DNA from: Octopus vulgaris
Lineage: Eukaryota
Length of the DNA stretch: 64,000 nucleotides
Direction of reading: 5' to 3'
Assembly (NCBI GenBank): GCA_951406725.2
Contig: OX597822.1
Location: 1,984,001 to 2,048,000, forward strand
The translations under genes were made by a program, and so were the position numbers. The notes beneath the pieces are model-generated. The model did not search any database, was not told the origin of the DNA, and saw only the letters and a list, made by a program, of their open reading frames with translations. Positions 57,808 to 64,000 of this stretch are shown piece by piece (the stretch's first letter is position 1; each line of letters starts with the position of its first letter).

Positions 57808-58039
57808 ATTTCTTTACTACCCACAAGGGATTAAACACAGAGGGGACAAACAAGGACGGACAGACGGATTAAGTCGATTATATCGACCCCAGTGCGCAAC
57901 TGGTACTTAATTTATCGACCCCGAAAGGATGAAAGGCAAAGTCGACCTCGGCGGAATTTGAACTCAGAACATAGCGACAGACGAAATACGGCTACGCATT
58001 TCGCCCGACGTGCTAACGTTTCTGCCAGCTCGCCACCTT
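57808..58039 (-). mobile_element. SINE family B monomer with 16-bp TSD
   Basis: ATGGGTGTGTATATAT at 57792-57807 and 58040-58055. Confidence 0.9.
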
Positions 58040-58074
58040 ATGGGTGTGTATATATGCACGTATTTATTCAGCAG

Positions 58075-58445
58075 TGTCTAACTCCACTGCTTTTCCGTAT
58101 TGCGGGTCATCCCGTGAACATTTGTAAAAGGAAGTATTTTGAATTTTCCGTTGCTGCATATTTCCAGTTGCTTACTTAACGAAATTTTGAGTAATTCCTC
58201 TTGTCGGATATGCTGTCTGTGTATTCTTGCTCGTTTGCAGAGGGAATTACTTGTTTCGCCAATGTAATTTTCTTTGCAGATTGGGCAGATAATGCAGTAT
58301 ATGAGGTTCTGCGTTTTGCAGATCATATCTGTATTTATTTTGAACGAGAATCCACTCCTGAATTTTATGTGGGAACAAATTTCCAAGTATTTAAAGTTGT
58401 TGTTGTTGCATGATCCACATTTATCTCCACATTCTTTTACTAAGG
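58075..58445 (-). mobile_element. PLE GIY-YIG fragment, lineage 3
   Basis: VKECGDKCGSC...MICKTQNLIYCIICPICKENYIGET.NSLCKRARIHRQHI...FKILPF. Confidence 0.85.
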
Positions 58446-58683
58446 TTTCTGATTCATTCATAGATTGTTGTTGTTGATATTGTTTCGGCCGTCTGCGAAG
58501 TTGCAGTAACATCACAGACGGCTGCAACAATATCAACAACACGACTAACAACAATGGCAACAACAACAACTACTACTACTACCATGATAGCAACAGCGTG
58601 GGCAAAACACGCACAAACAGAGTGAATTACAAGAACGGTACAAAAAGTTGCTTTGAAAGGCAGCAGCAGCAACGGGGTAGGAA

Positions 58684-58783
<100 letters not shown>

Positions 58784-58849
58784 TGCAGATAAAATATTAC
58801 ATATCATAGAAGAACAGAATGGAATGAGCAGGGCATGAGGATATACGAA

Positions 58850-59045
58850 GACGGAAAATGTCGCTGAGGAGGTGACGAAAGATTTCCGGTGAATGGACAT
58901 GAATTAGAATAGGAATAGGAATAAATGAGTGCAGAACGAATATATAATGCGTGTGCTTATTTGGAAAAAAATGACCGTTCCGAAATACAACAATATCTGT
59001 TTCAACACACGATTTCACATCAGGAATTTTGCAACACTTCATAAA
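58850..59045 (+). mobile_element. Monomeric relative of element H3
   Basis: gtgacgaaaga...atgaccgttccgaaatacaacaatatctgtttcaacacacga shared with ~38359-38520. Confidence 0.7.
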
Positions 59046-59065
59046 CGTATGTATATATATCTGTA

Positions 59066-59113
<48 letters not shown>

Positions 59114-59171
59114 CGCGTGCGTGCGTACGTGCGTGTGTGTGTGTTTGTGTGTGTGTGTACATACACGTATA

Positions 59172-60067
59172 CGCGGGGGTACCTAAAAGAAATCGGAATT
59201 TTGTAATATTATTTTCTTCACTTAGCTTTAAATCTTTGCAGTTTTATCACTTTCAAAGTATTCTCCATTAGAAGCAATGAATCGGTTTTGGCCCGTTTAC
59301 CACTATTCGAAGCAGCACTGGAACCCTTACGAAGTGATGCCTTTTAAATCCTCCGTCGTTTGTATTTTCACCCCTTCCACATCTGCAAATTTTGTGGAAC
59401 CAGCTTTCGTTACTAGTAATTACTTTCGAAAAGAGGTCCGGATCAACTTCCAACTGTCCTTTCCGTTCACGACATGCGCTCAGTCGTGACTGATATTAAT
59501 TTTCCGTGAGTAAGCGAGATGAAAGTTTTGCTGGAGCTCTTTTCATTCGCAATTCTTTGCTCAAAATTCGTTAGCAGCATCTCCAGGAAACATCAGTCAT
59601 ATCAACAAGTTCGTCGAACGTTCTGTGACTGTGCGCCAATTCATCAATTTTTGTGATGTTTTCATTCGTTCGGGAGATCGACGATCGTTCTGAACGAGGT
59701 TTGTCTTCAAGCGACAAGTGACCATTTCTAAAGATTCAATAATACTCGTAATCTTGTGTTTTGCTCATGACAGCGGCCTTGTAAGTAGTTTGAATCATGA
59801 CAACTTTCGGCCGTTGTTTTCCCTGCAGGAAACAGAATTTCACGGAAGCATGTTGTTCGTTCGTTTAAGCTATCGCAAAAATCGACGAACAGGGGAGAAG
59901 CACTGCAATACAAAGATGCACCACGTTGCAGGAGGACTTCAGTCGACGACGCCGGTGGGCAAACTGATGTCGGAGGTACGCATCAAGTGGCTTCTAGTAG
60001 CAGAACTCTGAACTACAATGGACTGTTCCACAGAGAACGTTTCCGGTTACTTCTAGGTATCTCCTTG
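59172..60067 (-). mobile_element. mariner-like element, deleted and decayed
   Basis: DPDLFSKVITSNESW (VTGDESW motif); TIRs cgcgggggtacctaaaagaaatcggaa / ttccggttacttctaggtatctccttg; TA TSD. Confidence 0.8.
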
Positions 60068-60262
60068 TATGTATGAATATCTGTATCTATCTATTAATGG
60101 CTTGAAAAGGTTTAACGAAAGCGCTCACACTAGGAAAAAACGTCTTCCTAATTAAAGTTAGTAACGTACTCATCTTCATCGCATTTTTTTTAGATATTTT
60201 TTTTCGGAAAATTAACTTTACACTTCAAAAAATATATTAAGTAATCCTTATAGACTTTCAAA

Positions 60263-60350
<88 letters not shown>

Positions 60351-60467
60351 AATCTATTTATCTATCAATCTATCCCACTATCTCAGTATGTATATATATT
60401 TACTTATATGCCTCTTTGTGTGTGTGTGTCTGTGTGTGTGTGTGAGTGTGTGTGAGTGTGTGTGTGC

Positions 60468-60498
<31 letters not shown>

Positions 60499-60952
60499 TC
60501 TGTGTGCACGTGTTGAATTTTGTGTTTGTAAAGAGAATGAATCCGATATAAAGGACAAGGAAAAGAGAGAATGAGTGAAAGGCTGAAGTGAATACAGGAG
60601 AGGGATAAAGAACAGAAATAGAATTTACGTTATCAAGTGATAAAACTAATTACAAAAAAAGAAATACAAATTTAATTACAAAAAAAAAATATAATAACAT
60701 TCGGTCAGTAACAAATTTTAATTAATCCGTAACATTACAAAATGTCTCAAAGCTAAAATTTCTTAAGTTAACAATGTAAGAGGATACTTAAAAGTATTGT
60801 GGTGCTGTTTACCTTTTTTTTCTTTTCGCTTTTATATCTCAAAGATATGTGAGGGTATAGCATAAAGATGGAAAACCTGTTGATATTACACATCTATTTA
60901 TTTGTCTGTCTGTCTGTCCGTCTATTTATCTGTCTTCCCATCTCCCTGTCTG

Positions 60953-61019
<67 letters not shown>

Positions 61020-61154
61020 GTCTGTCTATCCATTAATCAAGCTAATATCAAGCTATCTATCTCTTTATCTCTCTCTCTTCCTCTCTCTCTCTATATATAT
61101 ATATAGATATATATATATAGATATATATATATAAATATATATATTTATATATAC

Positions 61155-61340
61155 ATGATAGATCGCTAGCCACTACACGCATTTTTCTCTACTTGTTTCT
61201 TTCTGTGTTCCTTTCTGTGGAAGAGCGTAGGCTCGAAACGTTAAAGACTTTTTCAATTCCCGAGCGTTATAATACATCTGTTTGTTGTCTACACCACCTG
61301 TCTTCGTGTTTTTTTTTATTTTTGTGAATTCTCTCTCTCT
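61155..61340 (+). mobile_element. Hammerhead-bearing element H1 in (TA)n
   Basis: cttt-CTGTGGA-a-gagc-gtag-gctc-GAAAC-GTT-aaag at 61211-61246. Confidence 0.78.
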
Positions 61341-61341
61341 G

Positions 61342-61425
<84 letters not shown>

Positions 61426-62146
61426 TGAGTGTATGTGTGTGTGTGTTTGTATGTATGCAGCTACGTCTCAATCAATCTACTGATTATAAAGCTATCTAAC
61501 TACCAAATTGTTTATCTATTTATCTGTCTATTTGACTAACTGCCTGTCAGCCAATCTTGCTAGATTTCCATATCTATAACAACGCATGTGTACATTTTCA
61601 AGTCTGTTTTATATTTGTGTGCGATCGTATGTGTGCCTAATTTGGATGTACTTGCCAAGCATTCTTTGCTTCGCGCAGGTATCTATATGCATATAGGTAT
61701 GTAGGTTGGTATCGTTCTTTTATTTGTTTCAGTCATTTGTCCGCGGCCACGTTTAGTCGAACAAATCAACGCCAGGACTTATTCTTTGTAAGCCTAATAC
61801 TTTATTAATGACAGACTTAATGTCCGTGGTTAAACTCTATGAAGCTGAGCTTCGTCATTCACGGTATATCACTTGAAGATGCATTGTGTTTAAAAGCGCA
61901 GTACACCTCCAGTCGAGACGAAACGATTTCACCCTATCAGTTAAAGAAGCTGATAAATACCCGTATCTCGCTGTCATTTCCACTCTCAGTACCATACACT
62001 CATTCACTATCGAAACGACTGGTTTTGGCGAGCTGGAGGAATATATTAAAAATAGCTCTAAATCTATTTGTGGATGTGAAAATATATCGCACAAGGATAA
62101 GAAAATTAAAATGTTTTTGTTTGAAGCTATTTAAAAGTTGCAAACA

Positions 62147-62350
62147 TTATTACCCTGCGCGCATAAGTGAAAGCAGAGTATAGTAGTCGCTCGTCTTAGT
62201 CAGTTTTTCTGTGTGTTCGCAAAATTACTGGGAACCCGCAGGACAGGTTTTCACCCAAGTTTGGCAGAAATACTCATAGGGTTAATGGCTCGAACTCATA
62301 AAATTTTGGTTTGATTATCTTCAAAACTAGGGGACAGGTGAATCATTTTT
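62147..62350. mobile_element. Helentron-associated-like element end
   Basis: tattaccctgcgcgc...gcagagtatag hairpin; ttttcacccaagtttggc...aaaattttgg. Confidence 0.5.
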
Positions 62351-62499
62351 CTTTGCTACATATGCATAAATGATAAGCAGGGGAAATAACTCTGGTAATT
62401 TTGTTGAAATAGGAATTTTTCTGAAAATATATTTATTAAATTAAATTTTATTTTATCCTTGTGTGTTCGCAGTGTATGCATCGCTCGTCCGATGCCTTT

Positions 62500-63130
62500 T
62501 TTTATGAATACTAGTTTGTATTTTTGGGAAAAGGTAGGTAATATCTGAGGAGGGCCGTAGTCGATTACACCGACTCCAGTAGTCAACTGGTAATTATTTT
62601 ATTGACTCCGAGGGGAAAAAGCAAATTCGACTTCGGCGGAATTTGAACTCAGTAGGTTAAAACGGATGAAATAACGCTAAGCATTTTGCCCGGCGTTCTA
62701 GTGATTCTCTCAGGTCGCTGCCTTAAACATTATTGATTTCAAATTTTGGCACAAGGCCACAAGTTTCGGGGTAGGGGTAAATCGATTACATTGATCCCGG
62801 TGTTCAACTGGAACTTAAGTTATCAACCCCGTAAGGATGAAAGTCAGAGTCGACATTGGCGGAATTTGAACTCAGAACGTAAAGACGAACGATGTGTCAC
62901 TAAGAGGTTCGCCAGTCGTGCTAACGATTCTCTCGATGCGCCGACTTAAACGTTCTTAATATTAAATAGTTATCTTCCATCTTTACGGTCTAAGTTCAAA
63001 ATTTTGCCGTGACCGACTTTGCATTTCATCTCTCCAGGGTCAATAATATAAATACCAGGTGAAAACTGGGTTTGGTATAATAGACACGCACCTTCTCCCG
63101 CATTTGCTGGATCTGCACCAAAATTTGAGA
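62500..63130. mobile_element. Cluster of three SINE family B variants (two minus, one plus)
   Basis: Repeated ggcggaatttgaactcag and actttgcatttcatc motifs. Confidence 0.7.
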
Positions 63131-63684
63131 GCAATGTTACATATTTATGGTATGCACGTATTTAAACTCTGTGAAGATGCGGTACTTCGTCCAGGATACA
63201 CCGCACATTATGTTAAATAGAAGACTTTCCTCAACTGAAAACATTGGGTAAAAAAGCGTGCATCCTAGGTCAATCGCAAAGAGGTGTTCGTCTTAAGCCA
63301 TAATGCAAGGCAACATATTGTCCATGACACACACGGAAAACTTATGGAAATATTTCTATTGAAGTGAAATTAGATATGTAAGTTTTGCCTCGTCTTCCTC
63401 ATTCTTTCGTCCTAGCTCCATCTCAATGTCATCTTTTCAGACCAGGTTAATGATATTTAGAGGGAAGATAGTGAATTAATTATGAAGAGGTTAAAAAGAT
63501 ATTAAGTGTTTCTTTGCAACGAAAAGTAAGAATTCTATGCCCGAGGGATAAACAATTTGTCGAACAGATCAGATTATGTAATCAATAATGAGGAATTACA
63601 TTATTTTGATTAACTATATCAATTAAGACCAAACAAGTATTTGTTTCTTTCTTATCAAAAATGAGGAAGATCTCTCTTTCCAAC

Positions 63685-63719
<35 letters not shown>

Positions 63720-63759
63720 TCTTTTACTTGTTTCAGTCATTTGACTGTGGCCATGCTGG

Positions 63760-63827
<68 letters not shown>

Positions 63828-63844
63828 GATAGATACATATATGT

Positions 63845-64000
63845 AAAGTTAATCCAAACATGAAAACACAAAGAGAAAACAGAAATCGCGAGGACGGGGA
63901 ACAAATATAGTATTATTGGACGTTCAGAAAAGAAGGAAAGAAGGAGAGTTTAACGTTTCGAGCGGAGCTCTTCGTCGGAAACATAGGAGAAGGAAAGATC
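63845..64000 (-). mobile_element. H1-related hammerhead element, cut off by the window end
   Basis: Minus gttt-CCGACGA-a-gagc-tcc-gctc-GAAAC-GTT-aaac near 63947-63983. Confidence 0.7.

Noticed and set aside
61808-62134. Complex-sequence reading frame (…KEADKYPYLAVIST…GELEEYIKNS…)
   Set aside because: In-frame TGA at 61874 and no recognisable domain; a BLASTX or RNA-seq check would be needed.

Overview
AT-rich, microsatellite-saturated eukaryotic non-coding DNA. The SINE repertoire looks like an octopus genome (inference from family recognition). I can support no intact host gene; nearly all listed ORFs are translated microsatellites. The window is a mosaic of: (i) four tRNA-derived SINE families, including nested and multimeric copies with clear TSDs; (ii) LINE fragments (R4/Dong-like RLE, CR1-like, RTE-like, Tx1/L1-like ORF1); (iii) mariner/Tc1 deletion derivatives, foldback MITEs and Helentron-type elements; (iv) five decayed Penelope-like (PLE) RT/GIY-YIG remnants from about three lineages. 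The most interesting signal is a set of short non-coding elements sitting mostly in (TA)n tracts. They carry minimal type-I hammerhead-ribozyme motifs, both canonical and with recurrent core variants (CUGUNGA, U3:A8 UUGAAAA, CUGAUGC, extra base before helix II). Many occur as head-to-head fold-back duplications with a one-sided extension. This suggests a microsatellite-targeting, ribozyme-bearing non-autonomous PLE/retrozyme-like system. Coordinates were read by eye; boundaries of decayed elements are approximate.
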